64,000 bases of DNA from Trueperaceae bacterium (GTDB lineage: Bacteria > Deinococcota > Deinococci > Deinococcales > Trueperaceae), in assembly GCA_034520945.1 (NCBI GenBank), contig JAXHNB010000001.1, positions 256,001-320,000 of the forward strand. Direction: 5' to 3'. Both the position numbers and the translations under genes were made by a program. Of this stretch, positions 21,010 through 29,754 are shown piece after piece. The notes below the pieces were generated by a model that was given only the letters and a program-made list of their open reading frames with translations, had not been told where the DNA came from and made no database searches. Position 1 is the first letter of the stretch. Each line of letters begins with the position of its first letter.

Positions 21010-22764
21010 ATGGACGGATGCACCTTCGCTCGCCTGCGCAGGTGGGGGATCGTGGCTGCGGCCGCGATCCTCGCCTTCGCGGGCGCCCAGTCGCCCCCGA
21101 ACGTCGAGGCGGAGCTGGTCGTCGACGGCCTCACCTCCCCCGTGCAGCTGACCGCCCCACCGGATGACCCCCGCCGCTTCGTGGTCGAACAGACCGGTCA
21201 GATCCGCATCCTCCAGGAGGACGGCACCCTGGCGGACACCCCGTTCCTGGATCTCAGCGACCGCATCGTGACGTTGCGCGACGGCTTCGAGGAACGCGGC
21301 CTGTTGGGCCTGGCGTTCCACCCCGAATTCGCGGACAATGGGCGGTTCTACGTGCACTACAGCGCGCCGCTCCGGGAGCGCGCGCCCGACGGCTGGGACC
21401 ACACCGCCCGCATCAGCGAGTTCCGGGTGCCGGCCGACACACCTGATGAGGCCGACCCGAACTCCGAACGCGTGCTACTCCGCGTCGATCATCCCAACCG
21501 CAAGACCAACGCCGGCGCGCTGGCGTTCGGGCCCGACGGCTACCTCTACGCCGCGATCGGCGAGGGTGGCGGCGCGCACGGCATCGGCGAGGTCGCCTTC
21601 GGGGCGCTGGAAGTGCCCGAACGCGGCAACGTCTGGGACGCGCTGGCGCAGGACGTGCACACGCCCTACGGCAAGATCCTGCGATTGGACGTGGATCACG
21701 GTTGGCCCGGCTACGCCGTGCCTGAGTCCAACCCGTTCGTCGGCACGCCCGGGATGGACGAGATCTACGCCTGGGGGTTCCGCAACCACTACCGCATGGC
21801 GTTCGATCACGAGGGTGACGGCGCGCTCTACGTCGCCGCCGTCAGCGAGTCGATCTCGGAAGCGGTGTATCGCGTCGATGGGCCCGGCAACTACGGTTGG
21901 CCCATCCGCGAGGGCACGCATTGTTACGACCGCCAGGCACCGCTCGATCCGCCCGAGGACTGTTCTCGCTATGGGCCCGAGGGGTGGCGCATTCACGATC
22001 CCGTGGTGGCGTACTACAACGTGAACGTCGCCGAGTCCGACATCGACGCCGAGCCGCGCGGCACCGCCGTGGTCGGGGCGCAGGTGTACCGCGGTGACGA
22101 CATCCCCGAGCTGCGCGGACGCCTGCTCGTCGCCGACTACTCGCAGAACCCCCAGGAACCGAGCGGCACGGTGTTCGTGGCTGGGCCCGAGGGCGACGTG
22201 AGCGCGACCTGGCCGCTACGGCAGCTCGTGCAGGTCGACGCCCGCGCGCAAGGTCTGGGCGTGGACGTGGAGGGAGAGGCGTACCTGCTGACCCGTGAAG
22301 CGTTCGCCCCCAGCGGCGATACGGGACGCATCTACCGGCTCGTGCCAGCCAGCGACGACGGCGACGAGGCAGGAGCGGGCGCGTCCGATGGGCAGGACGC
22401 CGGCTCGGCCGACGCCGCCGCAGCGGGATTCTCGTTCACCGCCGCCCAGGCTGAGCAGGGCTCGAGCGTCTACGACGAGCAATGCCAGAGCTGCCACGCA
22501 GACGACCTTCGGGCGCAGGGGCCGTTCCCGCCCCTGACCGGTTCCGAATTCTTCGGCTCCTGGGAGGGCCGTCCCGTCAGCGAGATGTACGCCTTCATCC
22601 GAGGCAACATGCCGCTGGGATCGGCCGGCTCGCTGTCCGATGAAGCGTATGCCGAGGTGATGGCCTACTGGTTGCAACGGCACGGCTACCAGGCCGGCGA
22701 GGCGCCCCTTCCTGGCGACCCCGCCGCCCTGCCGGAGGACGTACCGGTCGAGGACCGCCGTTGA
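21010..22764 (+). CDS. Secreted GSDH-family beta-propeller fused to a C-terminal c-type cytochrome (copy 1)
   Basis: Same propeller motifs (ERGLLGLAFHPEF, WGFRNHY), acidic linker, then CQSCH heme motif and NMP distal Met. Confidence 0.85.
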   Translation: MDGCTFARLRRWGIVAAAAILAFAGAQSPPNVEAELVVDGLTSPVQLTAPPDDPRRFVVEQTGQIRILQEDGTLADTPFLDLSDRIVTLRDGFEERGLLGLAFHPEFADNGRFYVHYSAPLRERAPDGWDHTARISEFRVPADTPDEADPNSERVLLRVDHPNRKTNAGALAFGPDGYLYAAIGEGGGAHGIGEVAFGALEVPERGNVWDALAQDVHTPYGKILRLDVDHGWPGYAVPESNPFVGTPGMDEIYAWGFRNHYRMAFDHEGDGALYVAAVSESISEAVYRVDGPGNYGWPIREGTHCYDRQAPLDPPEDCSRYGPEGWRIHDPVVAYYNVNVAESDIDAEPRGTAVVGAQVYRGDDIPELRGRLLVADYSQNPQEPSGTVFVAGPEGDVSATWPLRQLVQVDARAQGLGVDVEGEAYLLTREAFAPSGDTGRIYRLVPASDDGDEAGAGASDGQDAGSADAAAAGFSFTAAQAEQGSSVYDEQCQSCHADDLRAQGPFPPLTGSEFFGSWEGRPVSEMYAFIRGNMPLGSAGSLSDEAYAEVMAYWLQRHGYQAGEAPLPGDPAALPEDVPVEDRR

Positions 22765-22807
22765 CGCGCCTCGCGCGCCGGCCGTAAGGCCGGGCCGTAG
22801 GCGATGC

Positions 22808-23611
22808 CTACGGCGTGTCCAGCACCGTCACGTCGTCCCCCACGCGCAGCGTCCCCACCCCGTCGTGCAGCAGGTTCTGCCCGAACAGGACGTTGCCGCC
22901 GCGCTTGCGGGTCCGGTTCAGCGTCCGCAGCGGTTCCGGCCCCGCCTCCAGCGTGTCGGGATGCAGGGTCGGGACCACGCAGCGTGCGCAGGGCTTGGCG
23001 ACCCGGAACGCCACCTCGCCGATCCGGATTCGGGTCCAGCCGTCCTCCGCGTAGGGGGCCGCGCCCGACGCCACCAGGTTGGGGCGAAAGCGCACCATCT
23101 CCAGCGGCGCGTCCAGCTGGCGGTTCAGCTCGTCCAACGAGGCGCTGCCGATCAGGTGGAACGGATAGCCGTCCGCGAAGGCGACCCGGTCGTCCGCGTG
23201 GGCGTAGGCGGGGTCGACCCGGCGCGCGCCGTCCGGCGGGAAGACCACCAGTCGGTGCCCCTCGCCCAACACCCGGCCGATCCATTCGTCTGCGCTTCGG
23301 CCGCACGACCAGGCCGTCACGGGGTCGTTCCACACGGTCACGGCGACCTCGCGTGCCGGCGTGGGCGGGCGCGGCAGGTCCAAGTCCGGCAGGCCCGGCG
23401 CGGACAATCGCAGTTGCTCGGCATGAAGCGTGGGCGTGATGCGGCCCAGGCGGGGGTCCTCGCGTTGGCTGCGAAAGCGGCCGCGTCGGTCCACTACCAT
23501 CCAGCGCCGGTCGTCCCGTAGGCCGGTGCGCACCACCTCCGCCGCGTTCAGCGGTACGGCGCGCCCCGACTTCAGCGGGTAGGCGTACAGGGCGCTCAGC
23601 CGCACCGTCAC
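22808..23611 (-). CDS. MOSC-domain molybdoprotein (YcbX/mARC-like) (copy 1)
   Basis: LYAYPLKSG, DRRWMVVD, FADGYPFHL, RFRPNLV, KPCARCVV, FGQNL. Confidence 0.88.
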   Translation of the reverse strand: MTVRLSALYAYPLKSGRAVPLNAAEVVRTGLRDDRRWMVVDRRGRFRSQREDPRLGRITPTLHAEQLRLSAPGLPDLDLPRPPTPAREVAVTVWNDPVTAWSCGRSADEWIGRVLGEGHRLVVFPPDGARRVDPAYAHADDRVAFADGYPFHLIGSASLDELNRQLDAPLEMVRFRPNLVASGAAPYAEDGWTRIRIGEVAFRVAKPCARCVVPTLHPDTLEAGPEPLRTLNRTRKRGGNVLFGQNLLHDGVGTLRVGDDVTVLDTP

Positions 23612-23616
23612 CGCGT

Positions 23617-25185
23617 TCAGCCGGCCGACGCGGCTGCGTCGGCGTTGGTGCGCCGGACGGTCTCGTCGCGCAGGCGCGCCAGCGCGGGCGAGAGCGAGAC
23701 GTGGTAGCGGTGCGGGCGCAGGATGCGGCGCACGCCGGGGTAGTGCCGCGCCAGGTCGTTGCGGCACCGCTCGCGCAGCGTCTCCAGCGGCGCCTCGGCC
23801 GCGGTGCGGGCGCCGTCCTGGAAAGCGGGGCTCAGCAACGGTTCGACATCGGAGACGTCGCTGCGCGCGAGGGTGCGGGTGGTGTCGACCTCGCGGGGGT
23901 GATGGGCCACCAGGTCGTCGCCGCCGCGGCGGGGGTCCTCGCCTGCGAGGGTGACCAGGTCGACGGTGGCGTTTCCGAGGGCGTCGTACACGCGCCACAC
24001 GCGCTTGTCGCCCGGCACCAGCGCCTTCGACGGCGTCTCGGACAGCTTGACGGCCGGCAGCCAGCCGTCATCGCCGCGGATCTGCACCAGCTTGTATACG
24101 CCGTCCAGGGCGGCGTCGCCTTCGGAGGTGATCAGGCGGGTCCCGACGCCGTACGCCAGGCGGGAGAGCAGCCGGCCCGCGTCGACGCCGTACGCGCTGG
24201 CCTCCTCCGTGATCTGCGTGCGGATCTGCCACAGGGTGAACTCGTCCAGCTCGTTGGACAGCACGATGGCGGCGTCCTCGAAGCCGGCGTCGTTCAGCTG
24301 GCGGGCCGACTGGATCGCCAGGTGCGCCAGGTCGCCCGAGTCCAGCCGCACGCCGATGGGTTCGTGCCCCCGTTGGCGCAGGCGTTCGAAGGTCCGGATC
24401 GCGTTGGGGATGCCGGAGTCGAGCGTGTCGACGGTATCGACCAGCAGTAGGCAGTCGTCTGGGAACGCCTCGGCGTAGGCGTCGAAGGCGCCGGCCTCGC
24501 CCATGCCGAGCGCCATGAACGCCTGCACCATCGAGTGCGCGTGCGTGCCGGCCGGGCGCGTGCCCAACGCGAACGCCAGGCCCGTGTTCGAGGTGGCGTC
24601 GGCCCCGCCGATCAGGGCGGCGCGCGAGCCGGCGTGGACGCCGCGCTCGTGCCCGCGCCGCATGCCGAAGTCGATCACGGCGCCGCCGTGCGCCGCTTGC
24701 ACCAGCCGCGCCGCCTTCGTCGCGATCAGGGTGGGGTAGTTGAGGTGGTTCAGCAGCGACGTCTCCAGCAGCTGCAGCCCCGCCAGCGGGCCCCGCACGA
24801 TCGCGATGGGGGCGCCGGCGTGCACCACGCGCCCCTCCGGCACGGCGGTGACGGTGACGTCCGCCCCGGCGGGGCGGTCCTGCAGCCACGCCAGGAAGTC
24901 GTCGTCGAACAGGCGCCGCCCGCTACGGCCCGTCACGGCGAGCAGATACGCCAGGTCGCGGCGTTCGAAGCGCGTCCCCTCCAGCCACTCCAGGAACCAG
25001 GCCAGCCCGGCCGTGACGGCGTAGCCGGCCTGATGCCCGCCGTAGTCCGGGTAGGAGCGGAAGAAGTACTCGAACTGGGCCGGGCGCTCGTGCATGCCCT
25101 TCCGGAAGTACAGCTGGGCCATGGTGAGTTGGTACATGTCGGTGAACAGCGCGCCTTGCGCGGTCCGCCAGTCGGTCTCGTTCAT
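23617..25185 (-). CDS. pncB: Nicotinate phosphoribosyltransferase (copy 1)
   Basis: LFTDMYQLTM, LLETSLLN, DFGMRR, GTHAHS, LLVDTVD, GVRLDSGDL, GVGTRL, GVYKLV. Confidence 0.93.
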   Translation of the reverse strand: MNETDWRTAQGALFTDMYQLTMAQLYFRKGMHERPAQFEYFFRSYPDYGGHQAGYAVTAGLAWFLEWLEGTRFERRDLAYLLAVTGRSGRRLFDDDFLAWLQDRPAGADVTVTAVPEGRVVHAGAPIAIVRGPLAGLQLLETSLLNHLNYPTLIATKAARLVQAAHGGAVIDFGMRRGHERGVHAGSRAALIGGADATSNTGLAFALGTRPAGTHAHSMVQAFMALGMGEAGAFDAYAEAFPDDCLLLVDTVDTLDSGIPNAIRTFERLRQRGHEPIGVRLDSGDLAHLAIQSARQLNDAGFEDAAIVLSNELDEFTLWQIRTQITEEASAYGVDAGRLLSRLAYGVGTRLITSEGDAALDGVYKLVQIRGDDGWLPAVKLSETPSKALVPGDKRVWRVYDALGNATVDLVTLAGEDPRRGGDDLVAHHPREVDTTRTLARSDVSDVEPLLSPAFQDGARTAAEAPLETLRERCRNDLARHYPGVRRILRPHRYHVSLSPALARLRDETVRRTNADAAASAG

Positions 25186-25778
25186 GATCCCTCCGGGGGG
25201 TCGTGGCGCGCGTACAGCCCGTGCGTGTGCAGGTAGGCCGCCACGGCGTCGGGCACGAGGTAGCGAAGGCTCCGGCCGGCCGCGACGCGGCTGCGGACCA
25301 GCGTGCCCGACACGCCGAACGGCACGGTCTCGATCTTGGTCGCCGCCCGCGCGAACCGTTCGGGCGGGGGCGGCGCCTCCGTGCCGCGCCGGGGAAACAC
25401 CACCATCTGGACGGCTCGGATGAGCGCCTCGGCGCGGTGCCACGTCTCGATCTCGGCCCAGGCGTCGGCCCCGATCAGGTAGGCGAAGGTCGCTTCGGGG
25501 TGGCGTTCCTGCAGGTCCACCACCGTGTCGTACGCGTAGGACGGGCCGCTGCGCCGGATCTCGTCGGCGCGGGCGCGGAACGCCGGGTGGTCCTGTACCG
25601 CCAGGCGGGTCATCTCGAGCCGGTCGAGCGGCGAGGCGTCGGCGGGCTTGTGCGGCGGGTCGCCGGCCGGCAGGAACCACACCTCGTCCAACGGCAGTGC
25701 CTCGCGCGCCTGCTCCGCCATCAGCAGGTGTCCCATGTGCGGCGGGTCGAAGCGCCCCCCGAACAGCCCGACGCGCAT
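25182..25778 (-). CDS. nadD: Nicotinate-nucleotide adenylyltransferase (copy 1)
   Basis: GLFGGRFDPPHMGH (HxGH), PPHK, LIGADA, terminal YLVPDAVAAYLHTHGLY. Confidence 0.93.
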   Translation of the reverse strand: MRVGLFGGRFDPPHMGHLLMAEQAREALPLDEVWFLPAGDPPHKPADASPLDRLEMTRLAVQDHPAFRARADEIRRSGPSYAYDTVVDLQERHPEATFAYLIGADAWAEIETWHRAEALIRAVQMVVFPRRGTEAPPPPERFARAATKIETVPFGVSGTLVRSRVAAGRSLRYLVPDAVAAYLHTHGLYARHDPPEGS

Positions 25779-27927
25779 CAGGCGTCTCCGCCGGGCACGT
25801 CGGGGACGGCCGGCCCGCCGTCTCGCGTCGGCGCGCCCTCGAGGTCGCGCACGCGAGCACGGATGGCGCGGAACTGCCACGACCAGGAGGGATCGATCAG
25901 GAACGGCCGCAGGTCGAAGCGGTGGTCCTCCGGGGCGTACGCCTCGGCGTGATAGGCAGGCGTCGACACGGTGGTCTTGTGGCGGTGCGTGGCGTAGGCG
26001 CGGAAGAAGCGCTCGACCTTGTCGGCCACGCGTGAGGGGGGTGTGTCGGTCCAGGTCACGGCCAGGCGCTCGAACGCCTCCAGTGGGCCGTAGCGCTCGA
26101 TCTTGCGGAGCCGGCCCAGCTCGCCGAGCTCGGCGTAGGTGAGGCCCATCTCGTCCTCGTCGCGCTGCGCCCCCTCGCCGTCCTCCGGGGTCAGCTCCGC
26201 GCTGGGGGCCGCGCCCAGAATGTCGTCCAGCGCCGTGTAGCCCAGCGTGTCGCGCGCCCATGCCAGGAAGCGCCGCAGATCCACCTTCGAGATGCCACCG
26301 ATCGGGTTCAGGTCCGCGGACGAGGTGTCGTACTTGGTGAGGTAGCCCGTCAGGGTCTCGTCCACGTTGGCGGTGCCGACCACCAAGCGCGGGCCCCGCA
26401 CGCCCCGCAGGCTGGGGACGCGCTGCGCCAGCAGGTAGGACGCCACCAGGCGGCTGCGGGCCTGCAGGTTCTGCAGCGCCAGGTCGTCCGCCCGGCTGCC
26501 CCCTTCGCTCCGGAAGCGGAGGGGGCGTCCGTGCCGGGAGGGGCGATGGTGCCCGACACGTCCGCCAGCGACGCGACGGCGTCGTCCAGCGTCACCTCCA
26601 GATGGTCCGCCCCGATCTGTTCGGCCAATGCGCGGGCCCGCGCGCGGCTGGCGTCGGTCGACACCTTCGTGGCCAGGTACGCGGTCGTGACCAGGCGTCC
26701 CGCCAGCGCGCGCGGATCGTCGGGGGGATCCTCCCCGGCCGCCAGGCCTAGGACCGCCCGCAGGTCATGGATCACACCGCGCCGGCCGGCGGCGACCTCG
26801 CGCGCCAGCAGGCGGCACATCGAGCCCAGGATCGTCGCCACCGCCGCCGAGTCGCTGCCCCCCGACAGCGCCAGGAAGAACCCGCCGGCCCCGCTGCGGC
26901 GCAGGTAGTCCCACAACCAGCAGGCGGGGCCAAGGGCGATCTCCTCCTCGACCCGGTGCGTGTGGAGCGCGCGGGGCGGGGTGGCGGCGCGGTGGCGGGC
27001 CGCGTCCACCAGGCGCAGGCCGGTCCGCACGCGCGGGTAGGGCTCGGCCATCGACGCTTGCCGCATGCGGGTGGCGCGCGCGCCGCGGAGCGAGCGCACC
27101 TGGTCCAGGTCCACCTCGGCAGTGATCACCTCGACGTCGCGCGGCGAGAACTGCGACCCTTGCGCCACCACGCCGCCGTTCACCACGATCATGGCGCCGC
27201 CGTCGAAGTACAGGCGCCCCCCGTCGCAGCCCTGCTGGTTGGCGTACAGGTACACGCCGCCGAACCCTTCGGTGGCGGCGCGAATGCGGTGCAGCCGGGT
27301 CTCGAGCTTGCGGAGCTCGTGGTGCGACCCGCTGCCGTTCGCGAAGATCTCGACCCCGTCCAGCCCCAGATCGACGTGGGGGGCGTGGGGCGCGTACAGC
27401 TCTTCGCAACTCTCAGAAGCGACCACCGTGTCGTCGGTGGACACCACCGCGTCGCCGATCGGGACGGTGTCCTGCCCGGTCCGCGCCCGGATGATGGGCG
27501 GCAGCGTGAACGGCTCGGTGCGGCGCGCGTGCCGCCAGGCGGCGAACCAGCGGCCCTCGCGGTAGTTGCCGTCGTCCGCCAGCTCGCGTTTGGGGCGGAC
27601 CAGCAGCACCCGGCGGTCCAACAGGAACACGCGGGCGTTGTAGCGCACCCCGCGGTGCATGAGCGGCATGCCCACGTCGCACAGGATGCCGTCGGTGAGA
27701 TCGTCCGCCAGGAGCTCGGCCAGAACCTCGAACGAGTGCCGCACGGTGTCGCGCTCCAGGAAGTGGTCCTCGCAGCCGTAGCCGGGGATCTCGAGTTCCG
27801 GCCCCAGCCGGAAGCGCGCCCCGCGCGCCTTGGCCTCCTCGATCGAGGCGCGGATGCGGGTCAGGTTGCCGCCGAAGTCAAGCGCCCACTGGTCCAGGTT
27901 GCAGGTCGCGACCGTCGCGACGTTCAC
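25778..27927 (-). CDS. nadE: Glutamine-dependent NAD+ synthetase, eukaryotic NADSYN1/Qns1-like; frameshift near 26520-26560 (copy 1)
   Basis: Nitrilase triad GPELE / RPK / ESCEE; synthetase P-loop LSGGSDS; after the shift LALQNLQAR, GYLTKYDTSSADLNPIGGISK, RFDLRPFL. Confidence 0.92.
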
Positions 27928-28532
27928 GTGCCGCGCGGTTCGAAGCGAAGATCGGCCGCGCGCACCACCTGGCCCAGGTACAGGAAGGTGAGCTGCCGCA
28001 GGGTGGCGTGCAGGTCGAAGTCGCTCAACGCCGAGACGCCGTCCTCGACCAGCGCCACGTCGTACCACCGCAGCGCCGCGGAGGCGGCGGTGTGCTGCAC
28101 GCAGATGTTGGCGACCGTGCCCAACACCACCACGTAGTGAACACCCCACACCCGCAGCTGGTGATCCAGTGGGGTGCCGTAGAAGCCGTCGTAGCGGGGC
28201 TTTTGCATCACCGGCTCCTGCGGTTTGGGGGTGAGCTCCGGCACGATCTCGGCGCCCCACGAGCCGCGGACGGCGTGGCGGGGCCAGACGCGGAACTCCG
28301 GATCGTCCTGCTCGTGCCAGTCCTGGGTGTACGCCACACGGGCGCCGGCCTGGCGGGCGCGGTCCATCACGTCGCGGATCACGGGGACGGTGCTTGCTGC
28401 GCTGGGCACGTGCAGGGCGCCGCCCTCGGCCACGAAGTCGTTCTGCATGTCGACCGTGATCACCGCGGTGCGCTCCGCGGGCAGGCGCAGCCCGTCGCTA
28501 CGGGGGATGTCGGGCACCTCGACGTGCGGCAT
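27924..28532 (-). CDS. pncA: Isochorismatase-family cysteine hydrolase, probable nicotinamidase (copy 1)
   Basis: VDMQNDF, QDWH, WPRHAV, KPRYDGF, GTVANICV (Asp-Lys-Cys triad); first gene of the NAD salvage operon; GAGGAGG SD. Confidence 0.8.
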   Translation of the reverse strand: MPHVEVPDIPRSDGLRLPAERTAVITVDMQNDFVAEGGALHVPSAASTVPVIRDVMDRARQAGARVAYTQDWHEQDDPEFRVWPRHAVRGSWGAEIVPELTPKPQEPVMQKPRYDGFYGTPLDHQLRVWGVHYVVVLGTVANICVQHTAASAALRWYDVALVEDGVSALSDFDLHATLRQLTFLYLGQVVRAADLRFEPRGT

Positions 28533-28570
28533 GGAAACCTCCTCACACAAAGGGTTCGTTCATTCCCGTC

Positions 28571-28576
28571 AGGCTA
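28571..28576 (-). promoter_or_regulatory. Probable -10 box of the NAD operon
   Basis: TAGCCT on the minus strand ~40 nt upstream of the pncA ATG. Confidence 0.4.
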
Positions 28577-28605
28577 CCGCGCGACCGTCCTCCAGCGCGT
28601 TTCGC

Positions 28606-28992
28606 TCATCGCGGCGGCGTGGGCGGGTCGTCCTCGCCCTCGGGCGCGTCGAAGTCGCCGTCGGTGCGATCGTACTTCCCCTTCAGCTCGTCGATGCCGG
28701 TGCGTTCCCATAGCGACACGCCGTCGTAGTAGGCGGCGCGGCCCAGCACGTGGGCGGCCACCGGCGCCGTCAGCAGCAGGAACAGGAATACCAGCAGCGC
28801 CTTGGTGGTGGTCGCGGTGGCGCCGAACAGTACGGCGGTGGCGGCCAGGATCAGGCCCGCCCCCAGCGTGCCGGCCTTGGTGGTGGCGTGCATGCGCATG
28901 AACAGGTCGGGGAAGCGGACGGCGCCCAGCGCGGAGACCAGCACGAAGAAGGTCCCGAGCACGAGAAGCAGGATGGCCAATGCCTCAGTCAC
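28606..28992 (-). CDS. mrpG: Mrp Na+/H+ antiporter subunit G (copy 1)
   Basis: RFPDLFMRMHATTKAGTLG, TAPVAAH. Confidence 0.92.
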   Translation of the reverse strand: MTEALAILLLVLGTFFVLVSALGAVRFPDLFMRMHATTKAGTLGAGLILAATAVLFGATATTTKALLVFLFLLLTAPVAAHVLGRAAYYDGVSLWERTGIDELKGKYDRTDGDFDAPEGEDDPPTPPR

Positions 28993-29284
28993 GGTCGGAC
29001 CTCTGTCGCTCGATGAAGCGCGCGAACGCGATCGTGCCCAGGAAGGAGATAAGCGCCAGCGCGATGGCGGCGTCCAACAGCACGGCGGTCCGCGTGGCGA
29101 TGGCGACCAGGGCGATGACCGACACCGCCATCAGGCCGATCATGTCCAGCGCCATCACGCGGTCGGGCAGGCTGGGACCGCGGATCACGCGGTAGAGGGC
29201 CAGCGCGATCGACACCGCGACGCCCGTCAACGCCAGGTAGGCCGTCACGTCCAGCAGGGCGAAGGACGGGTCGAACAGGATCAC
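28985..29284 (-). CDS. mrpF: Mrp antiporter subunit F (copy 1)
   Basis: GPSLPDRVMALD, SFLGTIAFARF. Confidence 0.92.
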   Translation of the reverse strand: MILFDPSFALLDVTAYLALTGVAVSIALALYRVIRGPSLPDRVMALDMIGLMAVSVIALVAIATRTAVLLDAAIALALISFLGTIAFARFIERQRSDRD

Positions 29285-29754
29285 CGGAACACCTCCAGGA
29301 TGCGGCGTTCGAAGCTCGACTTGATGTCACGCACCAACCGCTCCGGGTCGTCCGCGAACATGGCGTGTACGTAGAGGCAGCTCTTGTCCGCGGCCACGTC
29401 GATCGAGAGGGTGCCGGGCGTGAGCGAGATCAGGTTGGCCAGCAGCGTGATCTGCGCGTCGGTGGTCAGGTCCAGCGGGACCGCGATCACGGCCGGCTGA
29501 GCACGCAGGCGCGGGCGGAGCACGTCCACCGCGACGCGCACGCTGGACAGGGCCAACTCGCGCAGGAAGAACAGGAACAGGCCCACGACCCGCACGAAGC
29601 GCACGGCGTAGCGCCGGTCGCCCAGCGCCCCGCCGACGAAGTGCAGGACCACCATGCCGACCCCGAAGCCGATCACGAGGTTCACCTCGGACAGCGATCC
29701 GGTGGCGAACGCCCACATGAACGCCAGCACCAGGTTCAGGCCGAACAGGCTCAT
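29281..29754 (-). CDS. mrpE: Mrp antiporter subunit E (copy 1)
   Basis: LLANLISLTPGTLSIDV, LYVHAM. Confidence 0.92.
   Translation of the reverse strand: MSLFGLNLVLAFMWAFATGSLSEVNLVIGFGVGMVVLHFVGGALGDRRYAVRFVRVVGLFLFFLRELALSSVRVAVDVLRPRLRAQPAVIAVPLDLTTDAQITLLANLISLTPGTLSIDVAADKSCLYVHAMFADDPERLVRDIKSSFERRILEVFR

Noticed and set aside
23617..28532. NAD operon as an anti-phage or anti-defence NAD-reconstitution module
   Set aside because: The genes are the standard deamidating salvage set; no Namat/Adps/NadV-type, SIR2 or TIR genes and no mobile context.
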